Shown piece after piece: positions 17,805 to 27,845 of a DNA stretch of 59,319 nt (the first letter of the stretch is position 1; each line of letters opens with the position of its first letter). The position numbers and the translations under genes are program-made. The DNA is taken from sequence record SRR9188676_2407; one strand, written 5' to 3'. Below the pieces are notes generated by a model, which saw only the letters and a list, made by a program, of their open reading frames with translations, had not been told where the DNA came from and made no database searches.

Positions 17805-19343
17805 ATGGCAATAGTCGGAAATATTTTAAAAAGAGGTATTGGGTTAACGAGTTTGATGAAACGCCCAAAATCTAATTTAGCGAAACTTCAGCGTAAAACA
17901 CTTGTGAAATTATTGAACAAAGGACGTTTTACTCAGTTCGGAGAGAAGTATCATTTTGAGGAAATCATGAATGCTGCTTTGTTTTCAGACGATAAAGAAT
18001 TCTATACAAAATATAAAAAACTTGTCCCTGTTTACGATTACAATAAAATGTTTGCGGAATGGTGGCATAAAACTTTGGCAGGAGAAAAGAACGTTTCTTG
18101 GGTGGGAAACGTAAAGTATTTTGCTTTAAGTTCTGGTACTTCAGAAGCTTCTTCAAAGCATATTCCTGTGACGAAAGATATGGTAAAAGCCATTCATAGA
18201 ACTTCTATTCGTCAGATTTTAGCATTGGCAGCTTATAAAAATTTGCCTTCTCAATTGTACGAAAAAGGCTATTTGATGTTAGGAGGAAGTACAAAATTGC
18301 AAGATAAAGGCGATTATTTTGAAGGAGATTTAAGCGGAATAACCGCAGGAAAAATCCCTTTTTGGTTTGAACGATTCTATAAACCGGGTAAAACCATTGC
18401 AGAAACGGCTGATTGGAGTGAAAAACTAGATAAAATTACAAAGAAAGCTAAAGATTGGGACATTGGTTTTATCGTAGGAGTACCTGCATGGATTCAGATT
18501 TTAATGGAGAAAATCATCAAAGAGTATAATTTGAAAAACATCCATGAAATCTGGCCGAATTTAGAAATTTACTGTCACGGAGGTGTAAGTTTTGAACCTT
18601 ATAAAAAAGGATTTGAAAAACTGTTAGGTCGCCCGATTACTTATATCGAAACTTATTTGGCTTCCGAAGGTTTCTTGGCATATCAAACGCATCCCAATAG
18701 TGATATGCAATTGGTGTTAAATAATGGAATTTTCTTTGAATTTATTCCATTTAATGACCGCAATTTTGATGAAGACGGAAGTATGGTTCAATATCCAGAA
18801 ACATTGATGATTGATGAAGTAGAAGAAGGAAAAGAATATGCTTTATTGATTTCTACTGTTTCGGGTGCTTGGCGTTATTTGATTGGCGATACCATTAAAT
18901 TTACCAATAAGAAAAATGCAGAAATTATCATTACTGGTAGAACAAAGCATTTTTTAAGTCTTTGTGGAGAACACCTTTCGGTAGATAATATGAATAAAGC
19001 CATTGAATTGGCTTGTAAAAATTTCAATATTGACGTCAGAGAATTTACCGTTGTTGGTAAAAGATTAGAAGAAACTTTCGGTCATCATTGGTATGTTGGG
19101 ACAGACGATAAAGTTGATGCTCAGGAGTTATTGAAGTTCATTGATGAAACACTTTGTAAAATCAATGATGATTATCCTGTAGAAAGAAAACATGCTTTAA
19201 AAGGACTAGAAATTACGGTTTTACCAGTAAAAACATTTTATGATTTTATGGAATCAAAAGGTAAAACTGGTGGACAACATAAATTCCCAAGAGTATTGAA
19301 AAAGAAAGAATTAATCGCTGAATGGGAAGCGTATATTAAGTAA
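17805..19343 (+). CDS. GH3 (auxin-responsive) family acyl-adenylate-forming enzyme
   Basis: SSGTS..SK.IP, Y.ASEGF, FFEFIP, WRY.IGD, GGQHKFPRV. Confidence 0.9.
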   Translation: MAIVGNILKRGIGLTSLMKRPKSNLAKLQRKTLVKLLNKGRFTQFGEKYHFEEIMNAALFSDDKEFYTKYKKLVPVYDYNKMFAEWWHKTLAGEKNVSWVGNVKYFALSSGTSEASSKHIPVTKDMVKAIHRTSIRQILALAAYKNLPSQLYEKGYLMLGGSTKLQDKGDYFEGDLSGITAGKIPFWFERFYKPGKTIAETADWSEKLDKITKKAKDWDIGFIVGVPAWIQILMEKIIKEYNLKNIHEIWPNLEIYCHGGVSFEPYKKGFEKLLGRPITYIETYLASEGFLAYQTHPNSDMQLVLNNGIFFEFIPFNDRNFDEDGSMVQYPETLMIDEVEEGKEYALLISTVSGAWRYLIGDTIKFTNKKNAEIIITGRTKHFLSLCGEHLSVDNMNKAIELACKNFNIDVREFTVVGKRLEETFGHHWYVGTDDKVDAQELLKFIDETLCKINDDYPVERKHALKGLEITVLPVKTFYDFMESKGKTGGQHKFPRVLKKKELIAEWEAYIK

Positions 19344-19354
19344 TAGTTTGGGTA

Positions 19355-19407
19355 TTTTACTTACTGATTTTAGCAGCTATAATTGTCTCGAAAATCAGTA
19401 AGTAAAA
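19355..19407. terminator. Bidirectional terminator-like inverted repeat
   Basis: TTTTACTTACTGATTTT...AAAATCAGTAAGTAAAA between convergent genes. Confidence 0.7.
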
Positions 19408-19438
19408 AATATCATTAACCAATTTTTCTGCTGAATTC

Positions 19439-20050
19439 CTACCAAAACTGTTTCCAAAGTATCAGAATTCCAGAAATAATAAAGATAATGCCTGCAACTT
19501 GATTGATTCTTTTTAAGATGTTGGCAGTTAAAACTCTCTTCATTTTTTGTGCATAGAATGCAATAAGCGATTCCGCTAACATCGTGGCAAATAAACTTGC
19601 TACAAAAAAAACGATGGTTTCATTGATTGAAAAGCCTTCTACGTTACTGAGATAGGTAGAAGTGGCAAAAACAGCAATATAATTGGAAGGATTTAGTAAA
19701 TTTAGAAGTACTCCAGAAGTAAAGTAATATAGAAAAGAGCCAAATTTAGATTTAGGATATACCAATTGCGTTTGTTGTTTAAACAAGCTATTGAAACCTA
19801 AGATAAATAAAATAGATGCACCAACTAAGGCAATGCCGAGATTGAAATATTGGAATTTTGGTAAAAAACTCGTCCCAAATACTGCACAAAACATCAAAAT
19901 GGCATCGGCTACTGTTACTCCTCCAGCAATCAAAACACCTCTTTTAAAACCATTATCAATACTTGTCTGTATTAATCTGAAAAAAGCCGGACCAAAAGTA
20001 AAGCATAACAGGAATCCATAAAGGAAACCAAAAACAACTGCATTCATCAT
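19439..20050 (-). CDS. LysE-family transporter
   Basis: FGPAFF.LIQTSI..GFK.G, LNLLNP; about six hydrophobic segments. Confidence 0.88.
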   Translation of the reverse strand: MMNAVVFGFLYGFLLCFTFGPAFFRLIQTSIDNGFKRGVLIAGGVTVADAILMFCAVFGTSFLPKFQYFNLGIALVGASILFILGFNSLFKQQTQLVYPKSKFGSFLYYFTSGVLLNLLNPSNYIAVFATSTYLSNVEGFSINETIVFFVASLFATMLAESLIAFYAQKMKRVLTANILKRINQVAGIIFIISGILILWKQFW

Positions 20051-20054
20051 AAAA

Positions 20055-20603
20055 TTAGACTCCTTTCAAACGTGCCACTTTCAGAATTGTCGCAATACTT
20101 AATGAGTCTGTGATTTCAGAATCCATTACCATTCTAACTGCTTCTTCCAAGCTTACTTTTTTTAACACTAAAATTTCGGTGTCGTCTGGTTCAGATTCTC
20201 CAAAAGTTAAATCTTCTGCCAAAAACATAAAGCCAACTTCGTCTGTTACAGAATTTGAGGTATGAAGTCTTCCTAAATCAGTCCATTTTTTAGCTTCTAT
20301 TCCTGTTTCTTCTTTCAATTCACGACGAGCCGATTCTTGAATATCTTCTTCAAAAGAACCTCCACCCATTGGAATTTCCCAAGAGTATTCGTTCAATGTG
20401 TATCTGTATTGACCAACTAACCAAGTATTATTGTTTTCATCGAGCGGTAAAATTGCGGCAGCTCTTGTTTTAAAATGTGCTACGCCATAAATACCTGCTT
20501 CGCCATTAGGCTTTATTACTTCTTCGTGGCGAATATTTACCCACGGATTATCATATACTTCACGAGACGAAACGGTCTTCCAAGGATTATCAAAATTTGT
20601 CAT
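20055..20603 (-). CDS. NUDIX hydrolase (ADP-ribose pyrophosphatase-like)
   Basis: QYRY...WEIPMGG...SARRELKEETG Nudix box. Confidence 0.92.
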   Translation of the reverse strand: MTNFDNPWKTVSSREVYDNPWVNIRHEEVIKPNGEAGIYGVAHFKTRAAAILPLDENNNTWLVGQYRYTLNEYSWEIPMGGGSFEEDIQESARRELKEETGIEAKKWTDLGRLHTSNSVTDEVGFMFLAEDLTFGESEPDDTEILVLKKVSLEEAVRMVMDSEITDSLSIATILKVARLKGV

Positions 20604-20607
20604 TTTG

Positions 20608-20658
20608 CAAAGGTATAATAGTATGTTCTAAAATTAAAATATGAATTTCGTACCTTTG
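20608..20658. promoter_or_regulatory. Back-to-back Bacteroidota -7 promoters (TACCTTTG on both strands)
   Basis: TACCTTTG on the minus strand at 20608-20615 (NUDIX) and on the plus strand at 20651-20658 (CDF). Confidence 0.7.
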
Positions 20659-20676
20659 TGCTTAAATATCCGAATA

Positions 20677-21663
20677 ATGTCCCCTAAATATAGATTAATC
20701 CTTACATCATTTGTAGTAAGTACAATATTGATGATTGTAAAATTTATTGCTTATTACTTAACATATTCTAGTGCTATTTTAACGGATGCCCTAGAATCAA
20801 TTATTAATGTAGTAGCCAGCGGTTTTGCTTTTTATGCTGTTTTTTTAGCATCGTTACCGAAAGACTTGAATCATCCGTACGGACATGGGAAAATTGAGTT
20901 TTTTTCAGCTGGATTAGAAGGCGTACTGATTACTTTGGCAAGTATTTTTATCATTTTTCACTCGGTACAAGGTTTTGTCAATCCTTTGCCTTTGAACGAC
21001 CTTAATATTGGTATTGTCATCATTTCTGCTGGGGCAATTATCAACTTTTATTTAGGATATGTGATAGAAAAAGAAGGAGAAAAACAAAATTCTCCGACAT
21101 TGATTGCCGATGGAAAACACTTGAAGTTAGATGCTTTGAGTGGAATTATTTTAATTGTTGCTATTGGCTTAATTATTCTGACGGGTGCTTTATGGATTGA
21201 TGGTGTTGCTTCGATTATTTTTGCCATTTTTATGGGAATCAGTGGCATTAAAATCATGAGGAAATCTATCGGTGGTTTAATGGACGAAACGAATGATAGT
21301 ACACTTCACAGCATGGTTGAAATCCTAAAAAATAATCAAAAAGCTGAATGGATTGATGTTCACAACCTTAGAATACAACAATATGGTGCTGATTTGCATA
21401 TTGATTGCCATCTTACGCTTCCTAATTATTGGGTTTTAGATAGAGTACATGATACTGTGCATGAATTTGAAGAGATTTTAGGAAAAGAATTTGATTCAAA
21501 TGTTGAGTTTTTCATTCATGCAGACCCTTGTTTGCCAGAATGTTGTCATCATTGTAAAATTCAAGATTGTGCCATCAGGCAGTTTCCACAAACCAAAACA
21601 ATAGAGTGGAACAAAATAAATTTATCATTAAATCAGAAACATTTTCTTGAAGACATTTCATAA
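20677..21663 (+). CDS. Cation diffusion facilitator transporter
   Basis: S.AILTDALES, HPYGHGKIE, ADGKH..D, IHADP, Cys/His-rich tail. Start set at ATG 20677 after the promoter. Confidence 0.93.
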   Translation: MSPKYRLILTSFVVSTILMIVKFIAYYLTYSSAILTDALESIINVVASGFAFYAVFLASLPKDLNHPYGHGKIEFFSAGLEGVLITLASIFIIFHSVQGFVNPLPLNDLNIGIVIISAGAIINFYLGYVIEKEGEKQNSPTLIADGKHLKLDALSGIILIVAIGLIILTGALWIDGVASIIFAIFMGISGIKIMRKSIGGLMDETNDSTLHSMVEILKNNQKAEWIDVHNLRIQQYGADLHIDCHLTLPNYWVLDRVHDTVHEFEEILGKEFDSNVEFFIHADPCLPECCHHCKIQDCAIRQFPQTKTIEWNKINLSLNQKHFLEDIS

Positions 21664-22474
21664 ATTCTGTATATCTATCTTATTGTTAAGTTGTTTTTCA
21701 TGTTTGAAGGGTTTCAAAATGAACGATAAGGCAGTCGATAAGTATTATATTGAACATCCGCCCAAACCTCAATTTTCATACTTAAATTTTGCAGGAAAAA
21801 AATATTTTTACGCTTCTGCTGGTGATAGCACCAAACCGATGCTTTTTTTGATTCATGGCGCACCCGGTGCTTGGTTTGGTTATAAAGAATTTTTATCGGA
21901 TAGTTTGTTGCTGAAAAAATATCAAATTGTTGTTCCCGACCGTGCTGGTTATAACAAATCTGGCAAAACGGTTACTTCTATTGAAGAGCAAGCCAAAATA
22001 TTGTATGAAATCATCAAACATAAAAATCCAACGAAAGTAGTATTGTTTGGGCGTTCGTATGGCGCAGGAATTGCGGCAAGAATGGCAGCCGATTACCCTA
22101 AACTAATAAAAGAATTAATCGTAGTTTCTCCCGCTTGTGACCCATCCACTGAAAAGTTTTGGTGGTTTTCTAAGCCTGTTAATACCAAGTTTTCAAGGCT
22201 ATTTTTACCCCAATATATTAATACTGCCAGTAGCGAAAAATTTAGCCACGTAGCTGAATTAAAGAAATTATTACCGTCTTGGGAGAAAATTACTTGTCCT
22301 GTAACTATTTTACAAGGTGGAAAAGATTGGGTTATAGAAACAACCAATGGACAATTTGTATCTGATGCTTTAAAAAATGCTCCGAGGCGGTTAATTTATT
22401 TGCCAGAAAATGGACATTTATTAACGATAGAAAGGTTTGATATTGTAAAATCTATTTTGCTGGAAATTAAATAA
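21647..22474 (+). CDS. Alpha/beta hydrolase, probable lipoprotein (TTG start)
   Basis: IHGAPG, DRAGY, GRSYG nucleophile elbow, QGGKD, GH; N-terminal lipobox-like segment. Confidence 0.88.
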   Translation: MKTFHKFCISILLLSCFSCLKGFKMNDKAVDKYYIEHPPKPQFSYLNFAGKKYFYASAGDSTKPMLFLIHGAPGAWFGYKEFLSDSLLLKKYQIVVPDRAGYNKSGKTVTSIEEQAKILYEIIKHKNPTKVVLFGRSYGAGIAARMAADYPKLIKELIVVSPACDPSTEKFWWFSKPVNTKFSRLFLPQYINTASSEKFSHVAELKKLLPSWEKITCPVTILQGGKDWVIETTNGQFVSDALKNAPRRLIYLPENGHLLTIERFDIVKSILLEIK

Positions 22475-22605
22475 ATGGCGAATTCTTCTATTTGATAAAT
22501 CTTCATTAAACATTAAAATTCCCTTAAAATCCACTCTTTACCGTTTTTAGAGTAGTTCTTTCTGCTTAATATTCCTTAATTTTGATTAAAGCAAAATAAC
22601 ATCGT

Positions 22606-23286
22606 ATGAGAATATTAGTAATAGAGGACGAAATAAAGACGGTGCAGCTCATCAAACAAGGGCTTGAAGAACAGCAATGTGAAGTAGATGTTGCCTATGA
22701 TGGATTGATGGGTTTTCAATTGGCTTCACGCAATCATTATAATTTAATCATTTCTGATATAATCTTGCCGGGTATCAATGGTTTGGAGCTTTGTAAAAAG
22801 CTACGAGCAAACGGCATTTCTTTCCCAATTCTTCTGCTTACAGCACTTGGTACAACTGATGATAAAATTATTGGATTAGACAGCGGAGCGGATGATTATC
22901 TCGTAAAACCTTTTGAATTTAAAGAGTTAATGGCAAGAATTCGTGCCCTTACTCGTAGAAGTATTGGGGCAATTCAAACAGCAAATGTGTTGAAAATTGC
23001 TGATTTAGAAATGGATTTAGATACTAAAAGTGTTTCGAGAGCAGGCAAAGAAATCATACTAACTGCCAAAGAATTTTCATTATTAGAGTACTTTATCAGA
23101 CATCAGGGAAGAGTAATTTCTAAAGCCGAATTAGCTGAAAAAATCTGGGACGTAACTTTTGATACAGGAACGAATGTAATAGAAGTATATGTGAATTTTG
23201 TCCGTAAAAAAATTGATAAAGATTTCGATACCAAGTTATTACATACGCAAATTGGAATGGGTTACGTACTGAAAATGCCAAATTGA
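22606..23286 (+). CDS. OmpR/CusR-family response regulator
   Basis: ILVIEDE, DIILPG, GADDYLVKPF, wHTH LTAKEFSLLEY, TNVIEVYVN; TAATTTTG promoter at 22577-22584. Confidence 0.95.
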   Translation: MRILVIEDEIKTVQLIKQGLEEQQCEVDVAYDGLMGFQLASRNHYNLIISDIILPGINGLELCKKLRANGISFPILLLTALGTTDDKIIGLDSGADDYLVKPFEFKELMARIRALTRRSIGAIQTANVLKIADLEMDLDTKSVSRAGKEIILTAKEFSLLEYFIRHQGRVISKAELAEKIWDVTFDTGTNVIEVYVNFVRKKIDKDFDTKLLHTQIGMGYVLKMPN

Positions 23287-24665
23287 TGATCAATATTCGC
23301 TCAAGACTTACTTACCAATTCATGGCATTGGTAACTGCTATTTTGCTACTTTTTTCGATAGGAGTTTATTTTTTTAGTAAACTTTATCTTGAAAAACGTT
23401 TCTTCAAACGTCTTCAAGACCGTGCCATTACTACTACAACTTTACTTTTTGATTTACAAGCAACTGACTCTACGGTATTAAAATTGGTCAATATTTCGGA
23501 TAAAGAATTATTGATTGATGAAAGTATTTCTGTGTATGATGAAAATGCTAAAACCATTATTTTTTCTTCTAATAATGGCAAAATGTTTTCACATCAACAG
23601 CTTTTGCCCTTGATGAAATCTGACCAAATAACTACTTTCACTGAAATTGGTGATTATAAAGTATTAGGAATTCATCTTAAAAAAGGGAATGCTGATAATT
23701 GGGTAATCGTCAGTGCGATTGACAAAAATGGAACAGAAGCACTTGATGATTTAAGGAGAATACTCTTAATCATGATTTTGGCGGGCATTTTATTGTTAGG
23801 TTTATCGGGCTGGTTCTTTGCAGGAAGGGCACTCGCTCCGATGTCTGGCATTATTAAACAAGTAAATGGTATTTTTCCAGAATATGTTGCCAAAAGAGTA
23901 GAACATCCAAACCGTTCTGACGAAATCGGTTTATTGGTCGCTACTTTTAATCAATTATTGGATAGAATTGAAGATGCTTTGGTGATGCAAAAAATGTTTA
24001 TCGCCAATGTTTCGCATGAATTGAAGAATCCGCTCACAAAAATCTATTCGCAAATTGATATTGCTTTGATGCAAAAACGTAGCCCAGAAGTATATGAACA
24101 AAGTTTGAATTCTTTAAAAGAAGATACGACAACTTTGATTCAACTGACGAACACATTACTGAATTTAGCCAATACGATTGTCAGTTCTGAAAGTGTTCAA
24201 AAAACACCTATCAGAATTGATGAATTACTTTGGGAAACCAAAGGACAGCTTCAAAAATGGCATGAAGATTACAACGTTCAGATTAATTTCTTAGATTTTC
24301 CAGATGATGAAGAAGCTTTAATACTTCAAGGAAATGAAGCTTCATTAAAGGTTGTTCTAATAAATTTAATGGATAATGCTTGTAAATTTTCTGACGATAA
24401 TACAGTGGTCGTTAATTTTTTGGCAAACGAGAGCGGCATTAAAATTTCTTTCATGAACAAAGGTCCTATCATTCCTGCGGCAGATTTGCCTTTTATTTTC
24501 CATCCATTCTATCGAAGTAATGCTACAGCGCAAGCTACTAAAGGTCACGGCGTTGGTTTAGCAATCGTTTCACAGGTTACTCGTCTGCACAAAGGAGAAG
24601 TTGAAGTGATTTCTGATGAAAACGGAACGGTCTTCACTTTATGGTTCCCAAAAGTCACTGAGTAA
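23286..24665 (+). CDS. HAMP-domain sensor histidine kinase
   Basis: Two TM segments, DEIG.L..TFN HAMP, SHELKNPL, NLMDNACKF, FYRS, GHGVGLAIV; start overlaps the regulator stop. Confidence 0.95.
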   Translation: MINIRSRLTYQFMALVTAILLLFSIGVYFFSKLYLEKRFFKRLQDRAITTTTLLFDLQATDSTVLKLVNISDKELLIDESISVYDENAKTIIFSSNNGKMFSHQQLLPLMKSDQITTFTEIGDYKVLGIHLKKGNADNWVIVSAIDKNGTEALDDLRRILLIMILAGILLLGLSGWFFAGRALAPMSGIIKQVNGIFPEYVAKRVEHPNRSDEIGLLVATFNQLLDRIEDALVMQKMFIANVSHELKNPLTKIYSQIDIALMQKRSPEVYEQSLNSLKEDTTTLIQLTNTLLNLANTIVSSESVQKTPIRIDELLWETKGQLQKWHEDYNVQINFLDFPDDEEALILQGNEASLKVVLINLMDNACKFSDDNTVVVNFLANESGIKISFMNKGPIIPAADLPFIFHPFYRSNATAQATKGHGVGLAIVSQVTRLHKGEVEVISDENGTVFTLWFPKVTE

Positions 24666-24667
24666 TT

Positions 24668-24735
24668 TTAAGGTAAATTTAAGGTGAGTTTAATTCTTGT
24701 TTAAGTTAAGGGTAGTTAGTTTGTATCATCAAAAC
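24668..24735 (+). promoter_or_regulatory. Four direct repeats at 11-bp spacing plus a -7-like element
   Basis: TTAAG/TTAAG/TTAAT/TTAAG at 24668/24679/24690/24701, then 14 nt, then TTTGTATCATCAAAAC. Confidence 0.75.
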
Positions 24736-24764
24736 AACAACAATTACTTAAATCAGAAACAATC

Positions 24765-25706
24765 ATGGAATCAAACAACAATCAAGGTGTATTTAAAATT
24801 GCCATCGGTGTTTTAATCGGAGTTGTAGCTTTATTGAGTTACTTATTTATGGGAGCAAGAAATGAAACATTTGAGCTTCAACAATCAATTACTTCAAAAG
24901 TTGAACAGTTATCAAGTACTCAAATTAAGCTAGATTCTATTTCTATCGTTTTGAATGAAAAGATTGCTGAAATTCAAAAATTAGGTGGAAATGTTACAGA
25001 ATTAGAAAACGTAAAAGCTCAATTAGAAAGCGATAAAAAGAAATTAAAATCTGATTTTAACTTTTCTGTTCAGAAATATGACGCTAAAATTAAGGAGTAC
25101 GAAAACTTCTTAGTTGTAAAAGACGAAGACATTCGCAAATTACAAGAAGAGAATGGTACTTTGTTAGCTCGTACAAAAACACTTGAAGAGGAAAAACAAC
25201 AAGTAGTAACTGAAAATACTGGGTTAAAAACTGAGAAAGCTAATTTGGTTCAAACAGTTTCTGAATATACTTCACAAAATGATGACTTGAAACGTAAAGT
25301 AACTTTAGCAAGTGCTATGAAAGCAATCAACGTTCAAGTTGCAGCTTTAGCATCAAATGGTAAAGTTCGTGAGGGTGGTTTATACAAAGCATCGAAAATC
25401 AATAAATTAAAGATTTCATTTATCATGCCTTCAAATCCTGTGGCTGAGAAAAATAACAAAGAGATTTTTGTTAGAATTCTTGACCAAAACGGAGCTGTTG
25501 TTAGTGAAGACGGCTCAGCAGGTACGGTTAGCAATGATGGAAAAGAGATAGGGTACAGCTTCAAACAAAGTGTTCCATTTGAAAACAATGACCAAAAAGT
25601 GGACATCATTTACGGAAAAAGTGCTCCTTATCAATCAGGTAAATATATCATTGAGCTATATTCTGAAGGGTTCAAAATCGGAAATGGTTCATTTCAAGTA
25701 AAGTAA
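24765..25706 (+). CDS. Membrane-anchored coiled-coil protein with C-terminal beta-rich domain
   Basis: One N-terminal TM helix, long heptad-rich middle region and beta-strand-rich C-terminus. Confidence 0.75.
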   Translation: MESNNNQGVFKIAIGVLIGVVALLSYLFMGARNETFELQQSITSKVEQLSSTQIKLDSISIVLNEKIAEIQKLGGNVTELENVKAQLESDKKKLKSDFNFSVQKYDAKIKEYENFLVVKDEDIRKLQEENGTLLARTKTLEEEKQQVVTENTGLKTEKANLVQTVSEYTSQNDDLKRKVTLASAMKAINVQVAALASNGKVREGGLYKASKINKLKISFIMPSNPVAEKNNKEIFVRILDQNGAVVSEDGSAGTVSNDGKEIGYSFKQSVPFENNDQKVDIIYGKSAPYQSGKYIIELYSEGFKIGNGSFQVK

Positions 25707-25727
25707 TCAATGGAATGAGTAAAACTG

Positions 25728-25762
25728 AAAGACGATGTTGAACAAACATCGTCTTTGTTTTT
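25728..25762 (+). terminator. Intrinsic terminator
   Basis: AAAGACGATGTT-GAACA-AACATCGTCTTT followed by GTTTTT. Confidence 0.8.
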
Positions 25763-25828
25763 AATAAGAGTACAGTTATTCGTTGTTCGACACATTTTTC
25801 CAGAACACACCCAAAACCCACTAATACC

Positions 25829-26989
25829 ATGATATTATACATCAGATTCTTCCAAATACTTTTCGTGTTGCCAAGCTTAATATTTTCAACAATTATTGAT
25901 TGGTTACGAATTGCTTATCAGAAATTCAGCGAATTTCCAATTGCTTACACATCATTACTGTACTTGTTCACTACAATGGCATTTTGTCATTATCCCATTT
26001 TCGACCATTGGGCAACTGGCTTTATCATGATGAGTTTACCCTTGGCTATTGTTTTTGGTTTAGGCGGAAGTAGCTATTTGTTGTATAAAAATCAGAAAGT
26101 AGTGGCAACAATTGGTTTTATTTGGGTGCTGATGGCTTTTCCAATTATTAAACGTTTTGTTGGGATTAATCAAAACGCCGAACAAATTACTTCTTTAAAT
26201 ACGCTGAAAGTACTCAGTTTTAATGGAGAATGTTTTGCTGAAAATGATGAAAGTAATGATAAATGGGCAGTTTTAAAATCTGATATTGCTTGTTTTCAAG
26301 AGTATTCTCCTAATCAGAATGTCGAGATTCAATTCAAAAATAAAATTGAAAAATTGACTGAATTTGAAGAATGCCGTTCTGTAGGTTTGGCTTTATTTTC
26401 ACAATATCCAATTGTTAATCAGTACAGCAAAATTTGGGATAAAGCTTATGGACCTAAAATTAATGGATTTATTTGTGCTGATATCGCTTATGGAAATGAT
26501 ACGGTAAGAGTCGTAAACGCCCATTTATGGTCGATGGGAGTGAGGATTAACCAAAGTATCGATGCTTTGAAAAATGGAGAATTCAAACAATTTGCTTTTG
26601 AAATTGTGGACACTTTCCAGAAAATGAAAGAAGGTTTTGAATATCGCAATGAACAATTGAAAGAAATAGAATCGTATGTTTCGGGAAGTAAATATCCAGT
26701 AATTATTTGTGGAGATTTCAATGAAACACCTTTTGGATATGCTTATGGAAAATTAAGTTTAAGTTTCAAAAATGCCTTTGAAGAAGTAGGAAAAGGTCTG
26801 GGCTTTACGCTTAACAGACAACCATATTGTGTAAGAATAGACCAACAATTCTTTAGTTCAGAATGGCAAGTGAAATCTTGTTATACGATGTCGGATATTA
26901 ATATGTCAGACCATTTCCCTGTGATGGCAGAATATGTTTTGAAGAAACCAAATAAAGTTTCAAATAATGTGTTAGCCACAATTCTATAA
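25829..26989 (+). CDS. Membrane-bound endonuclease/exonuclease/phosphatase (EEP) family protein
   Basis: N-terminal TM segments; KVLSFN, DIACFQE, NAHL, CGDFN, RIDQ, SDHFPV. Confidence 0.9.
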   Translation: MILYIRFFQILFVLPSLIFSTIIDWLRIAYQKFSEFPIAYTSLLYLFTTMAFCHYPIFDHWATGFIMMSLPLAIVFGLGGSSYLLYKNQKVVATIGFIWVLMAFPIIKRFVGINQNAEQITSLNTLKVLSFNGECFAENDESNDKWAVLKSDIACFQEYSPNQNVEIQFKNKIEKLTEFEECRSVGLALFSQYPIVNQYSKIWDKAYGPKINGFICADIAYGNDTVRVVNAHLWSMGVRINQSIDALKNGEFKQFAFEIVDTFQKMKEGFEYRNEQLKEIESYVSGSKYPVIICGDFNETPFGYAYGKLSLSFKNAFEEVGKGLGFTLNRQPYCVRIDQQFFSSEWQVKSCYTMSDINMSDHFPVMAEYVLKKPNKVSNNVLATIL

Positions 26990-26990
26990 A

Positions 26991-27674
26991 CTATAACTTT
27001 ATTTCAGGTTCTTGGTCATCAAAGAAAACATAGTTCAAAAAGTCTAAGTAAGGTTTTAAGGTAAAACATGCTTCAGTGACTTTTTGAACAAAATTATCAG
27101 CACTTACTTCTTCATTTGAAAATTGATGCCAAAAGAATAATTGCTTTTTTCGGAGTAATTCAATTTCTGGATGCTCTTTTGAATAACCTTTTGGCGCAGA
27201 TTTTACAGATTCTCCTTCTGCTTCTCCAAATACTTTTACAAATTCAGGATTATAAATAATTGACTTCAATTCCTGCGCATTATAATCAATTTCTTGTCGG
27301 AGTTTTGCTAATTGTTCTGGCGTTGGCGAGTACATTCCGCCGCCAAGAAAAGATTTATTGTCTTCGATGTGAAGATAATAATCCATTCTTCCAGATTTTC
27401 GCCCGCCTGCTGAAAAGCTAGCAGACAGCCATGTTTTATAAGGCGCTTTATCTTTCGTAAAACGAACATCTCTTGCTATTCTGTAATTGCAGTCTTTTAC
27501 TTCAACGCCAGTCATGTCTTCAAAAGCGGCAATTGAGCCAATCAATTCTTTAATAGTAACTTCAAAATTAGCTTTTACGCCATCGTAAGTTTTTTTGTTG
27601 GCATGAAACCATTCACGAGTATTATTTTCTTTAAGTTGATTCAGGTAATTGAAAGTGGAAGAAGGAACAGACAT
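26991..27674 (-). CDS. DUF2461 (TIGR02453) family protein
   Basis: L.ENN.REWF..NK, RIARDVRF.KDK.PYK, K.APKGY..EHP.IELLR.K. Confidence 0.9.
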   Translation of the reverse strand: MSVPSSTFNYLNQLKENNTREWFHANKKTYDGVKANFEVTIKELIGSIAAFEDMTGVEVKDCNYRIARDVRFTKDKAPYKTWLSASFSAGGRKSGRMDYYLHIEDNKSFLGGGMYSPTPEQLAKLRQEIDYNAQELKSIIYNPEFVKVFGEAEGESVKSAPKGYSKEHPEIELLRKKQLFFWHQFSNEEVSADNFVQKVTEACFTLKPYLDFLNYVFFDDQEPEIKL

Positions 27675-27845
27675 TGTTTAGAATTTTAAAACGTTGAAAT
27701 GATAATTTGTACAAATAAAAATACTTAATTCATGATTTCCGTTAAATCGAGTAAGCTTGATTTGATGGATTCATGGATTTTAATCAATTTTGTAGAATAA
27801 TAACAATAATTACACAAAACAGTTTACGATTATACCCTTTTTAAA

